From assembly GCA_045568995.1 (NCBI GenBank), contig JBJKZY010000024.1, forward strand, positions 26,518 through 90,517: a DNA stretch of 64,000 nt. The letters run 5' to 3'. The stretch is from Fidelibacterota bacterium. GTDB lineage: Bacteria; Fidelibacterota; Marinisomatia; Marinisomatales; UBA1611. Under the pieces are notes generated by a model. The model saw only the letters and a program-made list of their open reading frames with translations, did no database searches and was not told the DNA's origin. A program made the position numbers and the translations under genes. Of the stretch, positions 18,322-27,572 are shown piece after piece. Numbering within the stretch: the first letter of the stretch is position 1; each line of letters starts with the position of its first letter.

Positions 18322-19665
18322 CTAGTTGCTAATTATGGTGAGAATAGATCTGGGGGGTATTGAAAAAGATTTAGATTTGATATTATTTTCATATGAAAAT
18401 GGTACGCTCTTCTCCTCTTTATTCATAATTGTTGTAGTTATTTTTTGATTTTTATCGATAGCGGAAAGGGCAAGAAGTGTATCGGTTGTATTCTCAATCT
18501 CAACAATCCTATCTCCTCTACTAAAAAATCTAGAAAAATGACCTAAGTAATAATAAGAGCTTTGAAAAAGTAATTCCTGTGTTTTGGTATTTACTATTAT
18601 AGGTGCACTGCAATAATTACCAACATGATTTGGTCCACCTCTTTCATCTAGTAACAGGTTCCAATCAATCCAAGCCACTGTCCATCTATTGAGATCGTTT
18701 ATAATAGAAGTTGCATATCGTTCTCCCAAATCCCAAGAACCAAGATGTGGTCCTTCCTCTTGACATCCTTCTGTAAATATTAATTCTTTGTCTGGGAATT
18801 CATCATGCACCTTTTGAACCTCGTCAAAATGATCACCATTGTACCAGTGAAATCCAGTACCCCATACGTATTTTGCAGCATCAGGATCTGATAAAACTGC
18901 TCTGGATCGTTTGACCATTACGTCTCGGTTGTGATCCCATATAATAAGTTTTTTATCAAGATATTTATTTTTTTCTAGAGCAGGGCCTAAAAACTTCTTT
19001 ATAAAATCTCGCTCTTCTTCACCTGAATATATACATGAGTCCCATGTCTGAACTGCCTCGGGTTCATTTTGTACAGAAATACCCCATATAGGAACACCAT
19101 CTTTCTCGTAAAACTCTATGTATTTACAATAATACTCAGCCCAGGTATCTTGGTATTTTTCTTTGAGTTTGCCACCATGATTCATTTGATTGTTTGTTTT
19201 CATCCAGGGAGGTGGGCTCCAAGGAGAAGCCATGATATGAATAGGTGCAGAGGCTTTTTCCAGAGCTGCCTTGATAAATGGGATAAGCATCTTTTTATCT
19301 CTTTGAATAGAAAAGTCAGCTAATCTTCGATCTTTAGTTTCGCAAAGGGCATAGTTCCCTAATGAGAAATCACAACTGTTTATATGAGTTCTACCCATAT
19401 TGTATTGATTTCCATCCTTACCAAAGTATGCTTCAATAATTTCATTTTTTTTATTTTTATCAAGTTGATCATAAATACTTGCAGATGCTTCAGTAAAAGC
19501 ACCACCAAATCCTAATATTTTTTGCCGACGTAAATTTGTGTGTAAGCGAATAGACTTCAATTCTGCTTTTGAGTCTGTTAGTATTTCACTTTCTGAAATT
19601 TTTTCAAGTCTACTATTTGAATCTTTGGAGGTTAAATAGAGGGAGATGTCTTTAGATAAATTCAT
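18322..19665 (-). CDS. GH30 glycoside hydrolase (glucosylceramidase/beta-1,6-glucanase-like), cytoplasmic
   Basis: GFGGAFTEA, SPWSPPPWMK, GISVQNEPE (acid/base Glu) and IFTEGC (nucleophile Glu region) are GH30 hallmarks. No signal peptide. Confidence 0.8.
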   Translation of the reverse strand: MNLSKDISLYLTSKDSNSRLEKISESEILTDSKAELKSIRLHTNLRRQKILGFGGAFTEASASIYDQLDKNKKNEIIEAYFGKDGNQYNMGRTHINSCDFSLGNYALCETKDRRLADFSIQRDKKMLIPFIKAALEKASAPIHIMASPWSPPPWMKTNNQMNHGGKLKEKYQDTWAEYYCKYIEFYEKDGVPIWGISVQNEPEAVQTWDSCIYSGEEERDFIKKFLGPALEKNKYLDKKLIIWDHNRDVMVKRSRAVLSDPDAAKYVWGTGFHWYNGDHFDEVQKVHDEFPDKELIFTEGCQEEGPHLGSWDLGERYATSIINDLNRWTVAWIDWNLLLDERGGPNHVGNYCSAPIIVNTKTQELLFQSSYYYLGHFSRFFSRGDRIVEIENTTDTLLALSAIDKNQKITTTIMNKEEKSVPFSYENNIKSKSFSIPPRSILTIISN

Positions 19666-19677
19666 TCGGATTTTCTC

Positions 19678-21036
19678 TTATTTATTATTTGAAATATAAT
19701 TTTTATACCAATGATAACTTTCTTTTGGAATACGCTCTAATGATTCGAAATTAACCCAAATAAGTCCAAACCGCTGACTGAAGCCTTGAGCCCACTCAAA
19801 GTTGTCCATTAATGACCAAGCAAAATAGCCTTTGCAGTCCACACCATCATTGATAGCTTTTTGTATTTCAATTAAATGAGTATGATGATAGTCTATTCTT
19901 CTTTTGTCGTTTATTTTATTTTCTTTATCTGGCCCATCTGAATAAGAGCATCCGTTTTCCGTAATAAAGATTGTTCCAACTCCATAATCTTTCTTTAATT
20001 GAATAAGTAAATCATATAAACCTGGGGGGTGTACTTCCCATCCAAAATCAGTTTTTGGGCCCATTTCAACATTCCTAGGTAAATTTTCTTCTTCACTAAT
20101 TTCTTCATCTCTAATCACACCTCGACTGTAATAATTGACGCCTAAAAAGTCTGTTTTCTGGGCTATAACTTCAAGGTCATCGCCTTTGATAAAATTTAAA
20201 TTCTCATCAGTAATCTCATGACGTTTTTTCAGTTCATCAAAGAGTTCAATCGGATATTTTCTATTGTAAAGAGGTTCTAGAAAGAGGCGATTAAACATGT
20301 TATCAAAAAAGTCGCGGGCTTTTTTATCGTGTTCACTGGGAGATGCGGGTATCGCAGTGTTCAAATTAAGTGTAATGCCGACTTGAGCATTTTTTGCATT
20401 GTTTCTTATCTCTGGCAAGGCCATTCCATGGGAGAGTAGTAAGTGGTGTGCTGCAGAAAGGCTTTTTGCCCATTCGTTTTTTAGTCCAGGTGGTTTATGA
20501 CCAGCAATATATCCAATATGACTAACGCACCATGGCTCATTATGAGTAATCCAATGATTAACTCGGTCTCCAAGATGTTTACTAGTGTGATAGCTGTATT
20601 TGACAAAAGCATCGACCATCATTCTTTCAGTCCATCCACCTTCATCTTCAAGACCTTGTGGAATATCCCAATGGTTTAGAGTTATGAAAGGAGTAATCCC
20701 TTTTTCAAGAAGATTATCTACTAACCGGCTATAAAAATCTAACCCCGCTTGGTTAGGTTTTTTTTCTTTACCTGTTGCAAGAATCCTAGGCCAGCTAATA
20801 GAAAATCGATATGAGTCTACTCCAAGGTTTTCTAAAAGTTTTAAATCCTTCGGCCATAAATGATAATGATCGCAAGCAGTATCCCCAGTATCTCCATTTT
20901 TTATAGTATCTTTTTTATGGCTAAAAGTATCCCAAACGGAAGGACCCTTTCCATCTATGTCTGGAGCACCTTCTATTTGATAGCTTGAGGTGGCGGTACC
21001 CCATAAAAAATCTTTTGGGAATTTATTATTGGTCAT
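19678..21036 (-). CDS. GH1 beta-glucosidase
   Basis: FLWGTATSSYQIEGA, TLNHWDIP, ITHNEPW (acid/base) and ITENG (nucleophile). I prefer the start MTNNKF (ATG at 21036..21034) to the track start at 21069. It overlaps the upstream ATPase stop by 11 nt. Confidence 0.9.
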   Translation of the reverse strand: MTNNKFPKDFLWGTATSSYQIEGAPDIDGKGPSVWDTFSHKKDTIKNGDTGDTACDHYHLWPKDLKLLENLGVDSYRFSISWPRILATGKEKKPNQAGLDFYSRLVDNLLEKGITPFITLNHWDIPQGLEDEGGWTERMMVDAFVKYSYHTSKHLGDRVNHWITHNEPWCVSHIGYIAGHKPPGLKNEWAKSLSAAHHLLLSHGMALPEIRNNAKNAQVGITLNLNTAIPASPSEHDKKARDFFDNMFNRLFLEPLYNRKYPIELFDELKKRHEITDENLNFIKGDDLEVIAQKTDFLGVNYYSRGVIRDEEISEEENLPRNVEMGPKTDFGWEVHPPGLYDLLIQLKKDYGVGTIFITENGCSYSDGPDKENKINDKRRIDYHHTHLIEIQKAINDGVDCKGYFAWSLMDNFEWAQGFSQRFGLIWVNFESLERIPKESYHWYKNYISNNK

Positions 21037-22700
21037 TATTTTCTTCCTTTTTTTCGAAATTTTTTCCAAGACTACTCAGCCAACCAGGAGAGGCTGCTTT
21101 GACTAACTGCTTTGTATACTCTTCTTTTGGGTTCTGAATTAGTTCTTCAGAGGAGTTTTCTTCTACTATAGATCCATTTTTCAATACAATTATTCTATCT
21201 GCTAAATATCTAGCAGAGGCTAGATCGTGGGTGATAAATAAGACAGTTAAATTATTTTCTTTTCGCATTTTTGCAAAAATTTCTAGTACATCCATTCTGA
21301 TGGAAACATCCAACATTGACGTTGGTTCATCCGCTACTATAATCTGTGGATCTAAGCTCAAAGCTCTTGCGATGGCAACTCGTTGCCTTTCTCCACCAGA
21401 CATTTCGTGAGGAAACTTCCACGCAAACTTATCTCCAGGAGTGAGACCAACCTTTTCTAATAAATGAACAATATATGGATACATTTCTGTTTGATTTTTC
21501 AAACCATGTCTAAACAAAGGTCTTGCCAAGTGATGGTATACTGTGTGCACTGAGTTAAGGGACCCAAATGGATCTTGAAATACCATTTGAACAGTTTTAC
21601 GATATTCAAGAGGGACATTACGTGATTCCGTAACTTTTTTATTTTTACCATTAAGGTAAATAGATCCTTCAGATGGTCGTATTAAGCGTGTTACTAATTT
21701 AGCTATTGTACTTTTACCACTTCCGGATTCTCCAACAAGGCCAACAATTTCTCCTTTAAAAACTTTAAAGGACACCTCATTAACAGCTATTAATTTATTT
21801 TTATTAAAAAGGCCAGGTGATTGAAACGTCTTTTTAAGTTTGCGAACTTCTAAAATAGGATCCTTTGAAAAATTTAATGAATCCGGTTTTGATAGAAGCC
21901 CTTTTTGACGTGTTCCTGATGCGGAAGGTATTGAACCAATCAATTTTTTAGTATAAGGGTGTTTCCCGCCTCTTTGAATATTTTTCACTTCATCCAATTC
22001 GACGATCTCTCCATGTTTCATTATAGCTAATCTATCAGCAAACTCTAACAGCAAGTTCAAATCATGAGTTATAAACAGAATGGTGAAACCTAATTTTTTT
22101 CTTAGATCGATAACCTTTGATATAATTTCACGTTCTACTATAACGTCCAGTGCTGTTGTAGGCTCATCCATAATGATTATTGGAGGCATAATTGCAAGAG
22201 CAATTGCGATGACTATACGTTGTTTCATTCCTCCAGATAATTGATGAGGGAAACTTTCTAATCGATCATACTCGATATCGACAAGAGACAGTAGCTCTTT
22301 AGCACGGTTATCGGCCTCTTTTCCAATTAAACCTTTATGTATTTTTAGAACATCATGGATTTGTTCTCGTATAGATAAAACAGGGGTTTAGAGCATTGAG
22401 AGCACTTTGCATTACAATAGAGATTTTTTTCCATCGAAAATTGATAATGTCAGATTCTGAAGCAGACATGATATCTTCATTATTGATAATGACTTTGCCT
22501 CTACTAATGAGGGCGGGGGGGGGAAGTATTCGCATCATTGCTTGCACGACTGTACTTTTGCCACTACCAGACTCTCCTACTAGGCCGAAGATTTCTCCAG
22601 GGTTAATTTCAAATGAAACGTCACGTACTGCTTGAATAGATTTTATATCTGTAATGTATTTAACAGATAAATTTTTTACTGAAATAAGAGAATTATTCAT
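21026..22700 (-). pseudogene. Fused double-domain Opp/Dpp-type ABC ATPase (DppD-DppF fusion), interrupted by a 1-nt frameshift; either a real pseudogene or a homopolymer sequencing error
   Basis: Track fragment 22353..22700 carries Walker A (GESGSGKST) of domain 1. Fragment 21026..22228 begins mid-domain (MKQRIVIAIAL...MDEPTTALDV) and holds a complete second domain (GESGSGKST...SGGERQR...ADEPTSMLD). Reading the third frame from the G4 run at 22383-22386 gives VLSIREQIHDVLKIHKGLIGKEADNRAKELLSLVDIEYDRLESFPHQLSGGMKQR, which restores the signature motif. Removing one base gives a 557-aa protein. Confidence 0.8.
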
Positions 22701-23631
22701 TGTGGTTAGATACAGGAGTTATGCCATGGCTAATTAGATCTTTTGGAACCTTACTACGCCATATTCTTTCTGAAATAAGTCGGGGATTGGATACTTCATC
22801 AATGCCAAAATTGATTAGTGTAAGTGCAAAGCTAACGATTGCAATACTGAGTCCTGTAGGCACGAATGTCCACCAGGATTCCGTAAGTAACGCTAGGTCA
22901 TTACTAGCCCAATAAAGGTTGGTCCCCCATGTAACAGTACTTACATCTCCAAGCCCTAGAAACTCAAGGCCGACTTGAGCTCCAATCGCATAGATTGATG
23001 CTCCAATAAAAGCAGACGCAAGTAAAGAAAGCATTCTAGGCATAATTTCAACAACAATTATTCTGATATTGGATTCTCCACTAATGATAGCTGCAGAAAC
23101 AAAGTCACGATTTCTAAATGTCATCATCTGAGATCGTATTACTCTGGCGTTCCAGGCCCAGCCAGTAAGCACTAAAACTCCTAATAATGTACCTGGAGAA
23201 GGAGGTAGCCAGCTAGCAAGGATTACCATAAGAGGGAGTCCTGGCATAACTAAAAAAATATTAATTATTAGGGACAGGATATCATCTATTCGCCCTCCAT
23301 AAAACCCGGAAATTCCACCAACTAAAGCACCAATTATCACAACTAAAATACCTGCGCTAAAACCCACAAAAAGTGTTTGTCTTGCACCGCATATTGTTTG
23401 GGAAAACACATCTTGACCTTGACCATTCGTCCCAAAAAAATATTCACCAGATGGCGCAGAAAGAGGTGTGCTTAGGAAGTCCGAAGGAGAGTGAATAAAG
23501 AATGGCATAAATATTGCAGCTAGAGCAAAAAATAAGATAATACAGCTTCCAGTAAATGCTTTTTGATTACTCATAATCCCAGAAATCCATCGAGAAAGGA
23601 TGCTATTTTGGTGCTGGTTATTATTATTCAT
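22693..23631 (-). CDS. ABC transporter permease, OppC/DppC-like
   Basis: 312 aa, six TM segments, binding-protein-dependent transport inner-membrane-component pattern. Overlaps both neighbouring genes by 4-8 nt. Confidence 0.85.
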   Translation of the reverse strand: MNNNNQHQNSILSRWISGIMSNQKAFTGSCIILFFALAAIFMPFFIHSPSDFLSTPLSAPSGEYFFGTNGQGQDVFSQTICGARQTLFVGFSAGILVVIIGALVGGISGFYGGRIDDILSLIINIFLVMPGLPLMVILASWLPPSPGTLLGVLVLTGWAWNARVIRSQMMTFRNRDFVSAAIISGESNIRIIVVEIMPRMLSLLASAFIGASIYAIGAQVGLEFLGLGDVSTVTWGTNLYWASNDLALLTESWWTFVPTGLSIAIVSFALTLINFGIDEVSNPRLISERIWRSKVPKDLISHGITPVSNHNE

Positions 23632-24614
23632 TTTCTTGTCCGGGGGTCAAAAAATAAGATGGCAATGTCTACGAGCCAGTTTGCCCCAAGCACCGCAAGT
23701 GTAATGGTCATGAAAATTCCTTGCATAAGTGGATAATCTTGAGTTTGAACAGCCTGTAAAAGTAGGAAACCCTGGCCTGGGTAAGAAAAAATCATTTCCG
23801 TCAATAGTGCCCCGCTTAACATGAAACCCAAAGCCATACCAAAACCGGTTAGGTTTGGAAGAATAGCATTTCGTGCAGCATAACGAAGCATAATTAAACG
23901 AGAAGGGATACCTTTTGCATTTGCAAAAGTAATATAATCCGAACCCAAAGTACTGATCATGGTATTGCGCATGGATAACATCCAACCTCCCAGACTCACA
24001 AAAATTAGAGTTAAGGATGGTAGAAAAGCATGATATAAGGCGCTCAATAAAAAAGGTAGATTTAGCCCAGGATTAACTTCATTTCCATAGGCACGACCAA
24101 TAGGAAACCAGTTCATGGAAAACCCAAAAAAATAAAGAAAAACCATTGCTAGCCAAAAATAGGGAAATGCTCCGAAAAATGCTAGCGCCGGTGGTAAAAC
24201 AGTGTCCAGTTTTCCTGTTCTGTTCCACGCAATGATAATGCCTAGAGTGGTTCCAATTGCAAAGGCAATTACCATAGAGCTTCCCGCTAAAAATATAGTC
24301 CAATAGAGTCCGCTACCAATAATTTTTGAAACCGGTTCAGGGAAATATGCAATTGAAATTCCTAAATCGCCTTGCAGAATACCTTTCAAATAAGAGAAGT
24401 ATTGAATAAAAATTGGATCAGTTGTTAAACCAAAACTCTCTCGCATTGCATCAATAGCTTCTGGTTTCAACTTGCCTTTGAAACGTGCAAAAATAATGGA
24501 AGCAGGATCTCCAGGCATTAGTCTTGGAATGATAAAATTCAAGGTTAAAGCTGCAAAAGCAGCTATGAGATAGAAACCAAATCTTCTTACAATGTATATT
24601 ACGGATTTGTTCAT
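23628..24614 (-). CDS. ABC transporter permease, OppB/DppB-like
   Basis: 328 aa. N-terminus IVRRFGFYLIAAFAALTLNFIIPRLMPGDP is the classic OppB/DppB start. Has 4-nt overlaps with both neighbours. Confidence 0.85.
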   Translation of the reverse strand: MNKSVIYIVRRFGFYLIAAFAALTLNFIIPRLMPGDPASIIFARFKGKLKPEAIDAMRESFGLTTDPIFIQYFSYLKGILQGDLGISIAYFPEPVSKIIGSGLYWTIFLAGSSMVIAFAIGTTLGIIIAWNRTGKLDTVLPPALAFFGAFPYFWLAMVFLYFFGFSMNWFPIGRAYGNEVNPGLNLPFLLSALYHAFLPSLTLIFVSLGGWMLSMRNTMISTLGSDYITFANAKGIPSRLIMLRYAARNAILPNLTGFGMALGFMLSGALLTEMIFSYPGQGFLLLQAVQTQDYPLMQGIFMTITLAVLGANWLVDIAILFFDPRTRK

Positions 24615-26254
24615 CGTTTTTTTACATTTAAAAGAGTAAGTGCAACACCAGATTCATTTGGAGATAAAGGTCCGTATGGATTTTCAGCATTTGGAAAATT
24701 TGTAAAATATTTTGAATTGTACTCTGCCCAGCTGAGTTCAGTAAAAAGGGGAATGCCAGGGGCGTGCTCAATAAATAGATTTTGCAACTTGTAAATGATA
24801 TTTTCCATTTTTTTTGGGTCAGATGTTTGTTCAAATTCTTTTATCAAAAGATCTGCTTCTTTAATCCCAAACCTGTGCCAATTAATGTCAGCAGTTTCGC
24901 CAATTGGTTTTACATACTCTGAGAACATCATACCTTTAAAAAAGTTGTATGGAGTCGTACCTTTATCTGCCCATCCGATCGCCATTTGGAATTCGCCTTG
25001 CTGCATTCTTACAATCCAGGCTCCAAAGTCATAAGTCCTTACCGTTGCTTTGATGCCGATTTTCTTCAGGTTTTGGCTTATGACTTGAGCAGATCGCACC
25101 CAGTCGCTCCATCCCGAAACTACGATTATGTCAAATTTTATTGGTGATCCATCTGCATTGACTCGTTCTTTTTTATTCTTCCACTTATAACCGGCATTAT
25201 CCAGTAATTCGTTCGCTTTTTCTAAATTAAATGCAGTCCAATTTTCTTTCTCATTAACTTCTGGTGAGTGCCATTTTGACATTGGTCCAGATAGGCTTGT
25301 GACATGTGCAGGAGTTGTGTAATCATACATCCCCACCTTTACTACCTGCTCACGATTTATTGCATAGCTTATTGCCTTTCGGACATTTGAATCCTTTAGG
25401 ATTGGGTCTTTTGTATTGGTATGTAAAAATGTAGAGTGTCCCGTATTTCGAAACCAATAGTGATGGTGTTCAGGGTTTTTATCAACAAAAATTCGTTGGA
25501 TAGCAGGAATAAATGCTCCTGCCCAGTCTAGCTTCCCGCTTAGAAGTGCAAGAGTTGTTTGCTCGTTACTTGAAAAAGTTGGGAAAATTAATTTTTCGAC
25601 GTGAGGTTTTCCTGGCTGCCAATAATTATGATTTTTGCCTAGTTCCCACACTTGGGTATTAAAGCGTAATATTTCCGTAAACGGCCCTGTACCAACAGGG
25701 TTAGGGTTGCTAAAGTCAAGAGGATCTTTTAGCTCGTCCCAGATATGTTTTGGAACAATGGGTGCGCCCGCAAGAGCTTCAAATCCAGGAACGTATACTC
25801 GTTTAAAATCAACTTCTACTAGTGTATCTGAAATTGCTATAACACTTTTAAGGTACTCCCACGCATTACGAGTATCTAGCGCAGGATATTCCTTCCATAA
25901 GTTCAAAGTGTAGGCTACGTCATGAGCGCTAAATGCCCTCCCGTCCGACCACTGCACTTCCGACCGTATAGTAAATAACAATTTTTTATTGTTATTTTTC
26001 CATTCATAATTTGTTGCTAACCAGGGAACCCAATCAGTTGTAATGGGGTTATTGAGGTATAGCGATTCGTATATTCCTCCTCTAGTAGGCCATCTACAAA
26101 TTGAAACTGGATTTAAAGGTTCAAAGTTTCTTACCCAGGATATTTGATTTTCTTGGTAAACAATTAGACCTTCTTTATCTCGAACTAATTTATTCTCACA
26201 CGAGGATAAGAAAAAAAATGATAAAAGAAAAATTACAGGTATGGTTTTCATCAT
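24611..26254 (-). CDS. ABC substrate-binding lipoprotein, family 5 (OppA/DppA-like); probably binds beta-gluco-oligosaccharides
   Basis: 547 aa with lipobox FFLSSC. SBP family-5 length and motifs (e.g. NPVGTGPF). The sugar specificity is inferred from the operon context. Confidence 0.75.
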   Translation of the reverse strand: MMKTIPVIFLLSFFFLSSCENKLVRDKEGLIVYQENQISWVRNFEPLNPVSICRWPTRGGIYESLYLNNPITTDWVPWLATNYEWKNNNKKLLFTIRSEVQWSDGRAFSAHDVAYTLNLWKEYPALDTRNAWEYLKSVIAISDTLVEVDFKRVYVPGFEALAGAPIVPKHIWDELKDPLDFSNPNPVGTGPFTEILRFNTQVWELGKNHNYWQPGKPHVEKLIFPTFSSNEQTTLALLSGKLDWAGAFIPAIQRIFVDKNPEHHHYWFRNTGHSTFLHTNTKDPILKDSNVRKAISYAINREQVVKVGMYDYTTPAHVTSLSGPMSKWHSPEVNEKENWTAFNLEKANELLDNAGYKWKNKKERVNADGSPIKFDIIVVSGWSDWVRSAQVISQNLKKIGIKATVRTYDFGAWIVRMQQGEFQMAIGWADKGTTPYNFFKGMMFSEYVKPIGETADINWHRFGIKEADLLIKEFEQTSDPKKMENIIYKLQNLFIEHAPGIPLFTELSWAEYNSKYFTNFPNAENPYGPLSPNESGVALTLLNVKKR

Positions 26255-26257
26255 TTT

Positions 26258-27553
26258 TCAGGTTGCCACATTGCTATTTTTAGAATACACTCTTACATAG
26301 TCTATTTCCATTCTAGATGGAAACACGCTATCATCTATTCCCTTAGCACCGCCCCAATTCCCTCCAACTGCAATGTTAAAAAGCAGATGAAACCTTTTGT
26401 CAAATGGCCATTTTGCCCATTTTTTGTCTTGCTTTGGATAATGCAAGGAAACTTTATCATTTACAATAATCTTAATTTCATCTTCAGTCCACTCTAATAT
26501 ATAATTATTAAACTGCTCACATGACTTTGGTTGTTTAAGATATCCGTGTTGATCTGTTCCTCCAATATTGCCAGCAGAAAGCGCAGCATTATGAAGGCTT
26601 GTAACTATTACGTCTTCATCATAACCAACATGTTCCATAATGTCAATTTCACCGCTCAATGGCCAATTCCCATATTCCCAATCCGTAGGTAATGCCCACA
26701 GGGCACTCCATGTTCCCTTACCAGGAGGAAGCTTTGCTCGAATTTCAAACCTCCCATATTTCCAACTGTTTTTTGTTTTTATTCGCGAGCTGGTATATTT
26801 AGATCCTTTGTAGGACTCTTTATGGGATTCAATAATTAATTTTCCGTTTTCAATCCTAACATTTTGAGGTCTATCTGTATAATACTGAGATTCATTATTT
26901 CCCCATCCACCACCAGTAACCCAGTTGATCTCTTTATCAATCCTGACTAAAGGAGGATCAATGGTTGATTGTTCCAGGTCTTTATTTTTAAAGTACGTAC
27001 CCTTTAGCCCTGGTTCTCCACTTGGTGCGGAAAGATGCGAGCTGGGCACTAATCTTTTTGAGAATCTTTCACTTTCCCATCCGAGAACCATTACCTCTCC
27101 TCCAGTCTGTTCAAAGTATTCAATTCGAATGGTATGTTTTTTATTTTTTCGTAAATTGATTACTCCTTTTCTTTCTGTTGCAGGTTGGGGTTTCCAGTTA
27201 TCAATTAAGATTTCATCATTAATAAATAGCCTTACCCCATCATCAGAAATAGTATGGAAAGTGTAGTCGGAGTCATAATCTATTTTGAGTTCTCCTTCCC
27301 AACGTACTGAAAAATTATCGGATGGAAAGTTTTCAGGTACGAAATGAGGAGAACTATAACCATATTCTTTAAAAGAAGGTGCACCTGTTCCTAGATCAAA
27401 AGTCCAATTTGATCTGTCAATTTTTTTATTTTCAAATTCATCCTGCCAAACAAGTTTCCAATCGACATTACTTGAGATGGGTTTTGTGGAGCATGAATAA
27501 AAAAGTATAATTATGCACGTAGAAGTAAAAGATCTGGTTACGTATTTAAACAA
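26258..27553 (-). CDS. GH16 laminarinase-type endo-beta-1,3-glucanase lipoprotein with a PA14 domain inserted into the catalytic jelly-roll
   Basis: Lipobox LFYSC. GH16 start WKLVWQDEF...WTFDLGTG, then PA14 (FSVRWEGELK...DDGVRLFINDE...IRIEYFEQTGG...GLKGTYF), then GH16 resumes at GGGWGNNESQYYT...GEIDIMEHVG (beta-bulge ExDxxE motif). Confidence 0.85.
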   Translation of the reverse strand: MFKYVTRSFTSTCIIILFYSCSTKPISSNVDWKLVWQDEFENKKIDRSNWTFDLGTGAPSFKEYGYSSPHFVPENFPSDNFSVRWEGELKIDYDSDYTFHTISDDGVRLFINDEILIDNWKPQPATERKGVINLRKNKKHTIRIEYFEQTGGEVMVLGWESERFSKRLVPSSHLSAPSGEPGLKGTYFKNKDLEQSTIDPPLVRIDKEINWVTGGGWGNNESQYYTDRPQNVRIENGKLIIESHKESYKGSKYTSSRIKTKNSWKYGRFEIRAKLPPGKGTWSALWALPTDWEYGNWPLSGEIDIMEHVGYDEDVIVTSLHNAALSAGNIGGTDQHGYLKQPKSCEQFNNYILEWTEDEIKIIVNDKVSLHYPKQDKKWAKWPFDKRFHLLFNIAVGGNWGGAKGIDDSVFPSRMEIDYVRVYSKNSNVAT

Positions 27554-27572
27554 AGTGATTTGAATATATATG

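Noticed and set aside
22515-22523. Considered the G9 tract as the cause of the ATPase disruption.
   Set aside because: The tract is in frame (it encodes PPP of ILPPPALIS). The actual frame break maps about 130 nt further into the gene, at the G4 run at 22383-22386.
23647-24303. Same-strand out-of-frame ORFs within the permease gene (23647..23985 and 24079..24303).
   Set aside because: They are nested in a well-supported OppB-like permease. The translations are Cys/His/Phe-rich with no recognisable motif.
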